The notes: a model not told the origin generated them from the sequence alone. A DNA stretch of 64,000 nt from Candidatus Parcubacteria bacterium (GCA_039805545.1 JBDLUA010000007.1:1252-65251); one strand, 5' to 3'; shown: positions 48,972 through 59,703, counted from the stretch's first letter. Numbers and translations are program-made.

Positions 48972-49739
48972 ATGAAATACATCGACATACACGCTCATCT
49001 CGACTTTCCGGACTTTAATCCTGATAGACAAGAAATTCTTGCTGATATGCAATCTCAAAGCATTGGTCATTTTAATATTGGTACATGTGTAGAGACAAGC
49101 AAAAACTCAATTTTTCTTGCAGAAGAAAATGAACATGTATGGGCGATTGTTGGAATTCATCCACTTAATGTTGATGAATCAAAAATAGAAGATGTTGTAG
49201 TGATTGAATCTCTTGTCTCACATCCTAAATGTCTTGCAATAGGAGAGTGTGGTCTTGATTTTTTTCGAGAAGATAACGAAGAGATTCGAACAAGACAAAC
49301 AGAATTTTTTAAAAAACAAATTGAACTTGCGATTAAGTACAACAAACCTCTGATGATTCATTGTCGAAGTGCGTATCCTGAAACATTAGAAATCCTTGAA
49401 TCATACAAAGTACAGAATCCAAGTCTTCATGCACACTTTCATTTTTTTACAGAAACTATTGAGATTGCAAAAAGAATTCTTTCTCAAGGTTGGACACTTT
49501 CATTTACGGGCCCGATTACATTTGCTAATTATGATGAACTTGTAAAATTTGTGCCAGTTGAATCTCTTATGGTTGAAACAGATGCTCCATATGCCTCTCC
49601 AAAGTCAAAAAGAGGACAGAGAAACGATCCACGAAATGTAATCGAAATACTAGCCAAAATAGCCCAAATAAAGGCTATTCCACACGATGAACTCGCTCAA
49701 AAAATACGAGAGAATGTGAGAAGAGTGTTTCATATTTAA
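48972..49739 (+). CDS. tatD: TatD-family metal-dependent hydrolase/DNase
   Basis: MKYIDIHAHLDF start, GECGLD and HCR motifs. Confidence 0.85.
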   Translation: MKYIDIHAHLDFPDFNPDRQEILADMQSQSIGHFNIGTCVETSKNSIFLAEENEHVWAIVGIHPLNVDESKIEDVVVIESLVSHPKCLAIGECGLDFFREDNEEIRTRQTEFFKKQIELAIKYNKPLMIHCRSAYPETLEILESYKVQNPSLHAHFHFFTETIEIAKRILSQGWTLSFTGPITFANYDELVKFVPVESLMVETDAPYASPKSKRGQRNDPRNVIEILAKIAQIKAIPHDELAQKIRENVRRVFHI

Positions 49740-49781
49740 GCATTGATAGACAAAGTTTTTGCAAGATGACATAATTTAGTT

Positions 49782-50006
49782 ATGGAATCAAACAAAAGAA
49801 GTAGTGTATTTGGAGTAATGTCATTTATTTTCGGTGTATTTTCTATTTATTTACCTGCCGCAGTGATTTGTTTAATGGCATCAATTCTTTTTGGGGTAAT
49901 TGCGATAAAATCTAAAAGTAAGGCTAAATTAGCAATTTTTGGTATTGTTATTGCTATTATTTCTAATATATTTTTACTAATAACTGCTGGACAAATCACT
50001 GGTTAG
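49782..50006 (+). CDS. Small two-TM membrane protein
   Basis: Hydrophobic ORF only. Confidence 0.3.
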   Translation: MESNKRSSVFGVMSFIFGVFSIYLPAAVICLMASILFGVIAIKSKSKAKLAIFGIVIAIISNIFLLITAGQITG

Positions 50007-50081
50007 AGAGTCGCCTAGTAGTCTTTTCTTTACTGTAGGACACCTTGTATTTACCCTAAAACCGTGGTAATCTAAGCTCCT

Positions 50082-50606
50082 ATGGCTAAAAAAGTAATAG
50101 AATCAGTACAAGATGAAAAAGACATGAAACTCTATGAGTATTCATTCCACCTTGTTCCAAAAATGTCGCAAGAAGACGCAGTGTCGGCATTTACTGATAT
50201 AAAAAATCAAATCACTGCAACAGGAGCCATTATTAAAAACGAGTCAGCTCCTGCATTACTCAATCTTGCATATTCAATGGATCACACAGTTGAATCAGTA
50301 CGATCACATTACAATCAAGCATATTTTGCTTGGGTAGTGTTTGAGGCAACTGGTGACCAAATCAATGCATTAAAAGAAGAAATCAAACACCGAAACGATA
50401 TTATTCGAGATTTGCTCATTACAACAAAGAACGAATCTCCAATTTCATCAGCAGATGTTGCATCAGTTTTGAGTGTAGAAGATAAAAACGCTCCACAAGA
50501 AGCTGAAGTAGAAGTAGTTGAAACAATAGAAGAAACTACTGAAGAAGCTGAAGAATCAGAAGATGATAAAAAAGTAGACGAAGCTATTGATAAGCTCGTT
50601 GAATAG
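50082..50606 (+). CDS. rpsF: 30S ribosomal protein S6 with acidic C-terminal extension
   Basis: The YEYSFHLVP...LAYSM...AYFAWVVFEA pattern fits the S6 fold. rpsF-ssb-rpsR synteny. Confidence 0.75.
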   Translation: MAKKVIESVQDEKDMKLYEYSFHLVPKMSQEDAVSAFTDIKNQITATGAIIKNESAPALLNLAYSMDHTVESVRSHYNQAYFAWVVFEATGDQINALKEEIKHRNDIIRDLLITTKNESPISSADVASVLSVEDKNAPQEAEVEVVETIEETTEEAEESEDDKKVDEAIDKLVE

Positions 50607-50667
50607 TTCTAAAGAAAGGATAAAGTTTTTGGTTGACTATTATAAGTCACTTTGAGAACATAAATAT

Positions 50668-51129
50668 ATGTATATAAATAAAGCAATATTAATCGGGAAT
50701 CTCACACGAGATCCTGAGAAGCGAGCATTACCAAACGGTACAATTGTTACTTCACTTGCACTTGCAACCAATCGAGTCTGGAAGGACCGAGATGGCAAAA
50801 AACAAGAAAGTACTGATTATCACAACGTCGTAGTATTTGGACGACCAGCTGAGACAGCTGCACAGTACCTCAAAAAAGGTCAAAGTGTATATGTTGAAGG
50901 TCGAATCCAAACTCGAAGTTGGGATGATAAGGATGGAAGTAAAAAGTATCGAACCGAGATTGTTGCAGATTCTGTACAATTTGGTGCGAAGGCAGGTGGA
51001 ACAGGATCATATGGTTCTGAATCAGCCCCAGCAGATGCTCCAACATCAATTGCGAGTGAACCAGCAGACGTAGGAGGTCAAATAGACTATCCAACAGATG
51101 ACATCAACCCAGAAGATATTCCTTTCTAA
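50668..51129 (+). CDS. ssb: Single-stranded DNA-binding protein
   Basis: OB-fold MYINKAILIGNLTRDPE...YHNVVVFGR and acidic tail ending DIPF. Confidence 0.9.
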   Translation: MYINKAILIGNLTRDPEKRALPNGTIVTSLALATNRVWKDRDGKKQESTDYHNVVVFGRPAETAAQYLKKGQSVYVEGRIQTRSWDDKDGSKKYRTEIVADSVQFGAKAGGTGSYGSESAPADAPTSIASEPADVGGQIDYPTDDINPEDIPF

Positions 51130-51151
51130 TTATTAAGATAAAACACACAGT

Positions 51152-51349
51152 ATGAAAGATTATTTTGAAGAAAATCAAATCAAACATATCGACTACAAAG
51201 ATATTTCTGTATTGAGTAAATTCATCAACCCATTCGGACGAATTCTATCTCGAAAACGAACAGGACTTACAGCTAAGAACCAACGAAAACTTGCAAACGC
51301 TATCAAGCGAGCACGATTCATGGGACTTATGCCATATCTTCGAAGTTAA
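51152..51349 (+). CDS. rpsR: 30S ribosomal protein S18
   Basis: KDISVLSKFI...RKRTGLTAKNQRKLANAIKRARFMGLMPY. Confidence 0.9.
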   Translation: MKDYFEENQIKHIDYKDISVLSKFINPFGRILSRKRTGLTAKNQRKLANAIKRARFMGLMPYLRS

Positions 51350-51411
51350 TATAATACAAAAGGCGCGGCCCAAAGGGCCGCACCTTTTGTATTATTTGGT
51401 ATACTTATTTC

Positions 51412-51777
51412 ATGATACGAACAAAAAAAGGAAAAATTAAAGCACTTATACAAGCAGGGGTGATTATGTTCTTTGGACTTATACTTTTTAAATTAATACC
51501 AATGGAAATCTTTGGAAGAGATATTAAATTTGATGCTTCTGCACATATAACTATTAGTATGTTTGTTTTGTATGTACTCTGGTTTTTTATTGATCAAAAT
51601 AAATCTTGGAGAGTTGCGTATTTTATTTTTGCATTGGTTGTTCTTACAGTAGTCTCGGTACAAAGAATTCTCATGAATGCGCATAATGATATTGGTTTAC
51701 TCGGAGGGTTGTTGCTCTCCTTGATTGCGATTATGTATTCTCAAAGAAACTACTTTAAAGATAAATTTAAATTTTAA
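51412..51777 (+). CDS. Hypothetical membrane protein (3-4 TM)
   Basis: Hydrophobicity only. Confidence 0.35.
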   Translation: MIRTKKGKIKALIQAGVIMFFGLILFKLIPMEIFGRDIKFDASAHITISMFVLYVLWFFIDQNKSWRVAYFIFALVVLTVVSVQRILMNAHNDIGLLGGLLLSLIAIMYSQRNYFKDKFKF

Positions 51778-51782
51778 ATTTA

Positions 51783-51820
51783 AAATAAAAGGCGGCCCCG
51801 CAGGGGCCGCCTTTTATTTT
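51783..51820. terminator. Bidirectional intrinsic terminator GGCGGCCCCgcaGGGGCCGCC (identical 21-mer to 5255-5275)
   Basis: Hairpin between convergent genes with A/T runs on both sides. Confidence 0.7.
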
Positions 51821-51824
51821 CTAA

Positions 51825-52409
51825 CTAGGCTCGTTCTACGTATATATTTTCAGCTGTATTCACAACAATACTATCACCCTCATTCACAAAAAGAGGAGTA
51901 GTAATCATTGCACCTGTTTCTATTTTTACAAGCTTGTCTCCACCTTGAGCTGTATTTCCTCGTACTGCAGGAGGGGCTTCAACAACTTTAAATGTCATTT
52001 TAATTGGAAGAGTGATACCAATTACTTCATCATTATAAAGAAGTGCATCTACTTCGCAGTTTTCTTTCAGATACTTTGTTGCATCTCCAAGAAGGTCTTT
52101 CATTAGACATGCTCGATTTGCTCGTTTGTCTCGATCAAAGAACCAGTATTCATCAACTCCTGTTTGACGATTACTTTTTACAAAAGAAAAAACATATTTC
52201 TTTTTTGCAAGATCTGCTTCTTCTGCGGTATCTTGAACATGAAATGTCTCTTGTCGAACCGAACCATTAATAAGATTTCGAAGCTTTGTTTGGTTAACAG
52301 GCTTTCGCTGTTGTTTTCTAAATACATGAGCATCAAGTACTTCATAGGGATCTCCATCGAGTACAATATATTTTCGCTCTTTTATTTCATTGTAATTTAA
52401 TATCGCCAT
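51825..52409 (-). CDS. efp: Elongation factor P (variant loop lacking PGKG)
   Basis: Three-domain EF-P pattern with C-terminal GD.I.V.T..G.Y. The loop reads FRKQQRKPVNQTKLRNL instead of KPGKGQAFARVKLR. Confidence 0.8.
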   Translation of the reverse strand: MAILNYNEIKERKYIVLDGDPYEVLDAHVFRKQQRKPVNQTKLRNLINGSVRQETFHVQDTAEEADLAKKKYVFSFVKSNRQTGVDEYWFFDRDKRANRACLMKDLLGDATKYLKENCEVDALLYNDEVIGITLPIKMTFKVVEAPPAVRGNTAQGGDKLVKIETGAMITTPLFVNEGDSIVVNTAENIYVERA

Positions 52410-52455
52410 AGTCTCCCCATACTAACAAAATATGTTCAAAAGGGAAGGGGAAATA

Positions 52456-53478
52456 TTATTCTTTTGCAGCCTCTTCTTTAAATTTTTTCTTAATCAAGTC
52501 AAGCACTTCTTTTGTTACTTTTGGATTTTCTTTAAGGAATGTTCGTGTTGCATCATATCCTCGTCCAAGTTTTACTTCACCAAATGCATATGATGCTCCA
52601 GATTTTTGAATGATGTCATATTTTTCTCCGAGAGCAATGATTTCTCCTTCTTTTGAAATACCTTCGTTGTACATCAAGTCAAACTCAGTAACTTTAAATG
52701 GAGCCGCCACCTTATTTTTTACAACTTTGATTCGACATCGTCCTCCCATAATCTCTTCTCCTTTTTTGATTTGAGCAATTCTTCTAATATCAAGTCGAAC
52801 AGAAGTATAGAACTTAAGGGCCTTTCCTCCCGGAGTAGTTTCTGGATTACCAAACATTACACCAATTTGCATTCGAATTTGGTTGATAAAGATTACAACC
52901 GTCTTACTCTTCGATGTGATTCCTGTGAGCTTTCGGAGAGCCTGTGACATAAGTCGGGCTTGTTTACCTACATGGTGTGCTCCCATTTCTCCTTCAATCT
53001 CGTCTTTTGGAGTGAGAGCAGCAACTGAGTCGATTACAATTACATCCATTTTTCCACTTCGAACTAGACTCTCAACAATTTCAAGTGCTTGTTCTCCTGT
53101 ATCGGGTTGTGAAATAAGAAGTTCATCGAGCTTTACTCCGAGTCGTTTTGCGTATTCTGGATCAAGTGCATGTTCTGCATCAATAAATGCACAAATACCG
53201 CCTTTTTTTTGTGCTTCTGCAATGGCATGAAGGGTGAGGGTAGTCTTACCTGATGATTCTGGACCAAATACTTCAATGATTCGTCCTCGAGGGTATCCTC
53301 CTACACCAAGTGCCTCGTCAAGACCTATCGAGCCAGATGGAATTGCATCGACGTTTGTTTTTGGTCGATCCCCAAGTTTCATAATTGCTTCTTCTCCAAA
53401 TTTTGATTTTATTTCTTTAAGTGTATCTTCAATTGAACTGTCTGATGTTACTGTTGGTTTTGTTTTTTTCTTTGCCAT
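52456..53478 (-). CDS. recA: Recombinase RecA
   Basis: GPESSGKTT Walker A and IDAEHALD. L1/L2 loop regions are near consensus. Confidence 0.95.
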   Translation of the reverse strand: MAKKKTKPTVTSDSSIEDTLKEIKSKFGEEAIMKLGDRPKTNVDAIPSGSIGLDEALGVGGYPRGRIIEVFGPESSGKTTLTLHAIAEAQKKGGICAFIDAEHALDPEYAKRLGVKLDELLISQPDTGEQALEIVESLVRSGKMDVIVIDSVAALTPKDEIEGEMGAHHVGKQARLMSQALRKLTGITSKSKTVVIFINQIRMQIGVMFGNPETTPGGKALKFYTSVRLDIRRIAQIKKGEEIMGGRCRIKVVKNKVAAPFKVTEFDLMYNEGISKEGEIIALGEKYDIIQKSGASYAFGEVKLGRGYDATRTFLKENPKVTKEVLDLIKKKFKEEAAKE

Positions 53479-53548
53479 GTTCTTTACTATTACATATCTG
53501 TCTAATAATTCTATAAAAAAATTCTAAAATCCGGTTGAAGATGGAATA

Positions 53549-53614
53549 CCGTCATCCTCGCGTATGCGAGGATCCAGAAATAATCACTGGATTCCCGCCT
53601 TCGCGGGAATGACG
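53549..53614. repeat. MITE-like hairpin repeat, copy 3 (short form, two adjacent hairpins)
   Basis: GTCATCCTCGCGtatGCGAGGATCCAG ... GGATTCCCGCCTTCGCGGGAATGACG. Confidence 0.55.
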
Positions 53615-54099
53615 TTTTCCGAAGTTGAAGTTGCTGTATCTGTATTTGTTGATTCAGATTCTTCCATTTCTTCAATTGTTGAAGATGCGGATAGGGTACG
53701 AAGAGCTATTTGTTCGATTTGTTCTGTAGAGCTTGAAGTATCTTCTCCAGTGTAAACTACATCAATTTTTTTTCGAACTTCTTTACCAAATTTATCTCTG
53801 GCATATATATCAATTATACTTACTCCATTCGAAAGGAGCAATTTTTCATTGAAATTACCAAATTCATCAACAAGAATTGGTCGATTATTAATTGTTATAT
53901 AAGAAGAGTGAGTGGCGATGCCTTGAAGAGAGAAGTCTTTTGATGTTGTCTCTATGACCTCTTTGTCTTCTTCAAGACCTGCAATTGCGATCTCCGGACC
54001 TCTTAATATGAACCTGCTATTAAACAATCCATAACTAATCAAAAAAAGTATAGCGATAGAAAGAATCAATTTTTGAGGTGTAATGGTGTTGCTGGGCAT
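53584..54099 (-). CDS. Hypothetical N-terminally anchored protein (C-terminus runs into the repeat)
   Basis: N-terminal TM. The C-terminal ...VIPAKAGIQ is repeat-derived, so the true stop is uncertain. Confidence 0.35.
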   Translation of the reverse strand: MPSNTITPQKLILSIAILFLISYGLFNSRFILRGPEIAIAGLEEDKEVIETTSKDFSLQGIATHSSYITINNRPILVDEFGNFNEKLLLSNGVSIIDIYARDKFGKEVRKKIDVVYTGEDTSSSTEQIEQIALRTLSASSTIEEMEESESTNTDTATSTSENVIPAKAGIQ

Positions 54100-54101
54100 A
54101 C

Positions 54102-56315
54102 TTACATTTGGTTAAGGGCTTTTTGATTATCTTCTGGTGTATATTCGTTCAGACCTGATTCTGTAGATCTTCCAACGAGAACTTCCCGAGGTTTTGAACC
54201 ATTTTCAGGACCTACAACTCCTTGTTCTTCAAGTTGGTCCATAAGTCTGGCTGCTCGTGCATATCCTACACCAAGCTTTCGTTGAATGTAAGAGGTGCTT
54301 CCTTTTCCTGCTGCGACAACAGCTGCTTTTGCTTCTTCAAACATATCATCCAGATCTTCATTTGAACTTCCTCCATCAAGAGAATCAATAATAGATGCGA
54401 CTCCTGATTGTTCTTCTAGTTTAAGATCGGACACACCTCCTTCATAGTTATTTGCGAGCCATTCTACTACCTTTTTAACTTCTCCTTCAGAAATAAATGC
54501 TGACTGTACTCGAATAGGTTTGGCCATATCTCCTGACATAAAGAGCATATCTCCTGCTCCAAGAAGTTTTTCGGCACCCGGCATATCAAGAATTGTTCGT
54601 GAATCGATTTGAGATGCTACTTGAAGGGCAAGTCGGGTAGGAACGTTTGCTTTGATAAGTCCTGTAATAACATTTACAGAAGGTCTTTGTGTAGAAAGAA
54701 TAAGGTGAATACCAACTGCTCGTGACATTTGAGCAAGTCGTACAATTGCAGATTCAAGTTCTCGAGGGTATGCCTGCATGATATCTGCCAACTCATCGAT
54801 AATTACTACTATATAGGGCATTGCAGGTGGCATTTGGTCTGCATCAATTACTTTATTTTTTACACTATCAATAGCAGGTTTTACTACAGAATCTTGATAA
54901 GACTTAATATCTCGTACTGCATATTTTTCAAGAATTTCATATCGCCGTTCCATTTCTTTTGCTGCCCATTTAAGAGAAAGAATAGCTTTCTTTGCATCTG
55001 TGATTACATTTGTAAGGAGGTGAGGAATTTTATTATAAAGAGTAAGTTCTACTCGCTTAGGGTCAATCATAATAAATTTGAGATCATCAGGAGAGTTTCG
55101 GTAGAGAAGGGAAGTAAGGATTGCATGAATTGTTACAGATTTACCAGAACCAGTTGCTCCAGCAATAAGCATGTGTGGCATCTTTGCAACATCACTAAAC
55201 ACCGCTTGTCCTGTGATCCCTTTTCCAAGACATACAAGAAGGGGTTTCTCCATATTATTAAATTGAGCATTATCAAACATTGAACCAAGACCCACTTTTG
55301 TTTTTTGAGTGTTTGGAATCTCAATACCTACAAGTGACTTACCTGGGATAGGCGCTTCGATTCGAAGAGGGTGAGCAGCAAGAGCAAGAGAGAGGTCGTT
55401 TTGAAGACCTACTATTTTATTAATCTTAACTCCTTCTGCTGGTTTGAGAGCATATCGAGTTACAGACGGTCCTATTGATACTTCATCCATTTCAACTTCG
55501 ATACCAAAGTTGAAGAGTGTTCTCTTAATGATGTTTGCATTAGCTTTGATGTCTCCTACACCAGGCTTACCTGAATCCTTTTCAAGGAGTGAAAGCGGAG
55601 GGGGAGTAAATTCTTTTCCTGATACTGAACCAGGGAAGAATACAAGTCCACTCGACTTCTTTGGTGACATGTCCTCATCTTCTTCAAGGTCCGGTTTTTT
55701 AACTGGTTCTGGTTTTGGTTCAGGTTTTTCTGGAGGATTCTTTGAATCATTTTCAAGAGGGATATTTGTCTTTATATCATTAGTCTCTGTAAATACCTTT
55801 GCTTCTTTTGTGGGTTCGTTAGATAGAATTTCTTCTTTTGGTTTTCGGGTAAATTTAATCTTTGCATCAAGCATCACTATTACAGAGATGATAATAAGTC
55901 CAAGAGTAAAGAATAGACTTGCCCAAAAATCAAACATGCCAAGAAGGGGTTTTGCAATAATAGATCCTACTGCACCACCTTTAGTTGAAAGAAGACTTAC
56001 GAAGGCTAATCCTGATACAAAAAGTATTACAGATGCAATTACTTTTGGTGTAGCAAAATTATTTCGAATTTCTTTAAGGAATGATATTCCAAGAGTAATA
56101 AGTACGAGAGGGATAAGAAAGTATCCAATTCCAAAAAGGAAAGAGAACCCTGCGTATATTTTTTCTCCGACAACGCCTCCTTTATTGAGTGATGCAAGAA
56201 GAAGAAATACTGAGGTCAAAAAGAAAACAATAGCCCAAATAGTCTCAAGAGTCTCTTCTTTTAAGTGTCGTATTTTTTCTTCTTTTTCTATATCAATTTT
56301 CTTTTTTCGTCCCAT
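54102..56315 (-). CDS. ftsK: DNA translocase FtsK/SpoIIIE
   Basis: N-terminal TM helices, Walker A GATGSGKSV, Walker B IDELAD, and C-terminal gamma (wHTH) domain. Confidence 0.9.
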   Translation of the reverse strand: MGRKKKIDIEKEEKIRHLKEETLETIWAIVFFLTSVFLLLASLNKGGVVGEKIYAGFSFLFGIGYFLIPLVLITLGISFLKEIRNNFATPKVIASVILFVSGLAFVSLLSTKGGAVGSIIAKPLLGMFDFWASLFFTLGLIIISVIVMLDAKIKFTRKPKEEILSNEPTKEAKVFTETNDIKTNIPLENDSKNPPEKPEPKPEPVKKPDLEEDEDMSPKKSSGLVFFPGSVSGKEFTPPPLSLLEKDSGKPGVGDIKANANIIKRTLFNFGIEVEMDEVSIGPSVTRYALKPAEGVKINKIVGLQNDLSLALAAHPLRIEAPIPGKSLVGIEIPNTQKTKVGLGSMFDNAQFNNMEKPLLVCLGKGITGQAVFSDVAKMPHMLIAGATGSGKSVTIHAILTSLLYRNSPDDLKFIMIDPKRVELTLYNKIPHLLTNVITDAKKAILSLKWAAKEMERRYEILEKYAVRDIKSYQDSVVKPAIDSVKNKVIDADQMPPAMPYIVVIIDELADIMQAYPRELESAIVRLAQMSRAVGIHLILSTQRPSVNVITGLIKANVPTRLALQVASQIDSRTILDMPGAEKLLGAGDMLFMSGDMAKPIRVQSAFISEGEVKKVVEWLANNYEGGVSDLKLEEQSGVASIIDSLDGGSSNEDLDDMFEEAKAAVVAAGKGSTSYIQRKLGVGYARAARLMDQLEEQGVVGPENGSKPREVLVGRSTESGLNEYTPEDNQKALNQM

Positions 56316-56357
56316 TTGTTTTTCTTTTAATAATTGCTTTACGAATGCGCTTTTGCG

Positions 56358-56436
56358 ACGTCATCCTCGCGAAGGCGAGGATCCAGGATTACATAACATC
56401 TATCGTGCCTGGATTCCTGCCTCCGCAGGAATGACA
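56358..56436. repeat. MITE-like hairpin repeat, copy 4
   Basis: ACGTCATCCTCGCGAAGGCGAGGATCCAGG...CCTGGATTCCTGCCTCCGCAGGAATGACAAC. Confidence 0.55.
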
Positions 56437-56603
56437 ACATTCTCGCCCCTTTTATAATACCTTTATTTTAACACACCTGTGGATAAATATCCTTACTGTA
56501 TAAAGCTCAAATATAAAAGACTGTCCTATATTTGCTTTATTTTTTAAAAAGAGATAATGTCCTATATATAGGAGATATTTCTATAAAAGACATATAAGAA
56601 TAT

Positions 56604-57404
56604 ATGAATAAAGGACATACCGAAGAAGATAAATATATTGCCAATAAGTTCAATGAATACAAGGAATTTATAAAGGACAAACAAGTATCTTTTGTAATTA
56701 AAAAAACAGAACGCATTGTGTACGGTGTGTACATGCTTTCTCGATTTGTTCCCACCGAAGATGTTCTCAATCAAGATCTCAAAAAGACCTCACATCTCCT
56801 CCTTGAGGCTGTATCGCAATTTGTAACTAAGACTGCAATCGAAGAAGGTGATATTAATAGGGTACATTCGTATCTACAATATTTAAGTTCACTACTCTCC
56901 CTTTCTTTTATCTCTGGATATATATCTGGTTCCAATATAGAGATTATGAAGAATGAGATAAATTACCTTCATAAGCACATAGAAGAGTTATCCACATCCT
57001 CTGCAAGTGAATTAGGTCAACTTCACATTAAATCTGACATGTTTGTAATCCAGCATCACAAGCAACCTAAGGTAGCGGAAGAAAAAATGTCTTTTAAACA
57101 GGTCAGACCTAGTTCAATCATTAAAAAAGATACTCCCAAAATGTCTTTTAAATCGGTCGGAGCGAATTCGCTCCGACCAAGCAAAGAGAAGGGTGTTTCA
57201 CAGTCAAATGACTCTAAAGACACAAGAGAAACAAGGGTGCTCGATGTCATTCGAGATAAGGGTATTGTTTCTATAAAAGACATATCAACTGTGATATTCG
57301 ATGTAAGTGAGAAGACTATCCAGAGAACCCTCCAAACCCTCATTGATAAAGGACAAATTAAAAAAGAAGGAGAACGAAGATGGGCAAAATACCAACTTAT
57401 CTAG
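56604..57404 (+). CDS. Hypothetical protein with C-terminal winged-helix DNA-binding-like domain
   Basis: The C-terminal ~60 aa (VLDVIRDKGIVSIKDISTVIFDVSEKTIQRTLQTLIDKGQIKKEG) looks like a wHTH. Confidence 0.35.
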   Translation: MNKGHTEEDKYIANKFNEYKEFIKDKQVSFVIKKTERIVYGVYMLSRFVPTEDVLNQDLKKTSHLLLEAVSQFVTKTAIEEGDINRVHSYLQYLSSLLSLSFISGYISGSNIEIMKNEINYLHKHIEELSTSSASELGQLHIKSDMFVIQHHKQPKVAEEKMSFKQVRPSSIIKKDTPKMSFKSVGANSLRPSKEKGVSQSNDSKDTRETRVLDVIRDKGIVSIKDISTVIFDVSEKTIQRTLQTLIDKGQIKKEGERRWAKYQLI

Positions 57405-57975
57405 CGTAGTTTAACTGCGCGTAGTTTAACTGAGGCAGTTGTTGATTTTATTGACTATTTTGCTCTAAAAAGGTACTATATATGTTGTGGCGAACTCCGT
57501 ATGGAGTTTTCCACTACCTTTATATATACGTATATAAAGGATCCTGGAAGATATATATTCGGCTCGATTGATCATTGAAAACTTAATATGCAGTATGACA
57601 CTTGGTGTCATGACATGCACTGATAGTCTCAATTGATAAGAGATCCGTTATCTCTAGGTTATTCCGCGCGATTTATTCTGACTTGGTTAGATAAAGAGAG
57701 AACGCAGACCTAAAATCTTGAAGCTAATCTTACATATTTTCTTCCGAAGTGTGTAAGTTGGTGAATATACTGATTTGCATTGCACAGGCGTGCAAATCAA
57801 CTTGCTTCGGTTAAGCAAGGGTTGTGGGGTACGTCCACAGCCAAAACTAAAAAACGATTTAAATTGTACCGACAGTTTGAATTAATAATTAATTATTAAT
57901 TTTATCAGGACGATAGGTAGGGTTTTTAATATAACTACCTTGTCTATCTGACTAATCAAAAATTATCAAACATAT

Positions 57976-59703
57976 ATGAAATTTTCAGTTAAAATTGCTG
58001 GGATCTTCGCTGTAGTAGCTTTTGCTCTTACAGCAGTTTCAGCAGACGCTGCTTATACTCGAGACCTTACAGTAGGTTCAACAGGAGCAGACGTTAGTGA
58101 ACTTCAAGCATTCTTGAATGCTAAAGTAGCAGCAGGTCTTCCTACAACAGGATACTTCGGTACTCTTACAAAGGCAGCTGTAGTTAAGTGGCAAGCATCT
58201 GTAGGTCTTCCTGCAACAGGATACTTCGGAAAAATGTCACGAGACAAGATCGCTGGTGATACAACATCAACAGGCGGATCAACAACAGGATCATCAGATC
58301 TATCAGGTGGAGACGGAGATGTACAATCAATCAATGACACAACTTCAGGAACAGAAACAACTCTTGGAGAAGGAAAAACTGAAGATGTACTCGGATTCGA
58401 CCTTGAAGCTGACGATAACTCAGATCTTTCTGTTACATCAGTTAAAGTTGAAATCACAACAGAAGCTGGTGCATCATCACGACTTTCAAAGTACCTCGAT
58501 AGTGTAGCAGTTACACTTGACGGAGAAGAAGTTGGATCAGTAGATGCTTCAGATTTCTCACGAGATGGTTCAGTTTCAACAGTTACAATTTCTCTTGATA
58601 AAGGGACAGTTGTAAAGGCTGGAGAAAAAGCACGATTCTACGTGACTCTCGCAGCATCTGATTCAATCAACGATGCAGAACAAGCAGCAACACTTGATGT
58701 TGCTGTTACACGAATTCGAGTTGAAGATGCAAACGGAGCAGTTCTTACAAACGAAGTAGATCAAGCTGACGAAATCGTACCAGTTACAGTTGATTTTGAA
58801 GACGCAGCGGCAAATGACGATGCACGAATCAAATCATCTTCAGACTCACGAGATGCTGGACTTCTTAAAGTAGAAGCAAATAAGAAATCAGAAGATTTCG
58901 ACATCCTTACATTCAAATTTGATGTAGATGAAGATTCTTCAGATCTTACAGTTCTAGAAATCCCAGTTGATCTTGAAATCGACAATGCAGGAACAGCACT
59001 TGAAGCTGATGCACTCGTACAAGATCTTTGGATTGAAGTAGATGGTGAAAAGTATGATGACTTTGACTGGGAATCAGACACAACTATCGCTTCAGGTTCT
59101 ACAGAAACAGTTACAGCTACATTTACAATCGACGAAGGTGATCTAGAAATCGCTGCAGGAGATGTTGTAGACGCAGTTGTATATGTAACACTTGCAGAAC
59201 AAGACGGAAACTACACAGAAGGAACAACAATCAAGGCCTCAGTAACAGGTTCAGCTATCTCAGCTGAAAATGCAGACGGAGATGTATTTGATCTTTCTGG
59301 AACAGTTAACGGAGAAGTTCAAACAGCACAAATTTCAGCTGCTACAGTTGATAACTTCAAGTGGGTAATCAACAATACAGGAACAATCATCGACTTCTTC
59401 TTCACAGTATCTGCAGAAGATGAAGACTTCGATGTTCTTGCATCAAGTATTGATTTCACAGTTGATGAAACTGTTGTTGGAACAACAACATCTGATGGAA
59501 CTCTTTCAAAGAGTACAGGAGATGCTGACTCAATCTCAGGAGGATATCGAGTTCTTGACGGAGACACAGCAACATTCCGAGTACGATACACACTCTCTGG
59601 AACAAACGGAGACTACTCAGAAGTTACTATGACATCAGTTGCAGGACAAGAAATTCCTGATGACAAACAAGTTTCACCTACAGCAACTATTAACGTAAAC
59701 TAA
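57976..59703 (+). CDS. Secreted surface protein with two N-terminal peptidoglycan-binding (PG_binding_1-like) repeats and long acidic Thr/Asp/Val-rich region
   Basis: Signal peptide, duplicated GLPTTGYFGTLTKAAVVKWQASVGLPATGYFG motif. Strongly biased codon usage suggests high expression. Confidence 0.6.
   Translation: MKFSVKIAGIFAVVAFALTAVSADAAYTRDLTVGSTGADVSELQAFLNAKVAAGLPTTGYFGTLTKAAVVKWQASVGLPATGYFGKMSRDKIAGDTTSTGGSTTGSSDLSGGDGDVQSINDTTSGTETTLGEGKTEDVLGFDLEADDNSDLSVTSVKVEITTEAGASSRLSKYLDSVAVTLDGEEVGSVDASDFSRDGSVSTVTISLDKGTVVKAGEKARFYVTLAASDSINDAEQAATLDVAVTRIRVEDANGAVLTNEVDQADEIVPVTVDFEDAAANDDARIKSSSDSRDAGLLKVEANKKSEDFDILTFKFDVDEDSSDLTVLEIPVDLEIDNAGTALEADALVQDLWIEVDGEKYDDFDWESDTTIASGSTETVTATFTIDEGDLEIAAGDVVDAVVYVTLAEQDGNYTEGTTIKASVTGSAISAENADGDVFDLSGTVNGEVQTAQISAATVDNFKWVINNTGTIIDFFFTVSAEDEDFDVLASSIDFTVDETVVGTTTSDGTLSKSTGDADSISGGYRVLDGDTATFRVRYTLSGTNGDYSEVTMTSVAGQEIPDDKQVSPTATINVN

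Noticed and set aside
53564-53755. Small ORFs with PAFAGMT / RLRGDD / PAKAGIQ peptides (also 63032-63253, the tail of 55444-56457, and 5' extensions at 2481 and 29807)
   Set aside because: They are in-frame translations of the hairpin repeats and palindromes, and the same peptides recur wherever the repeat occurs in any frame. Not genes.
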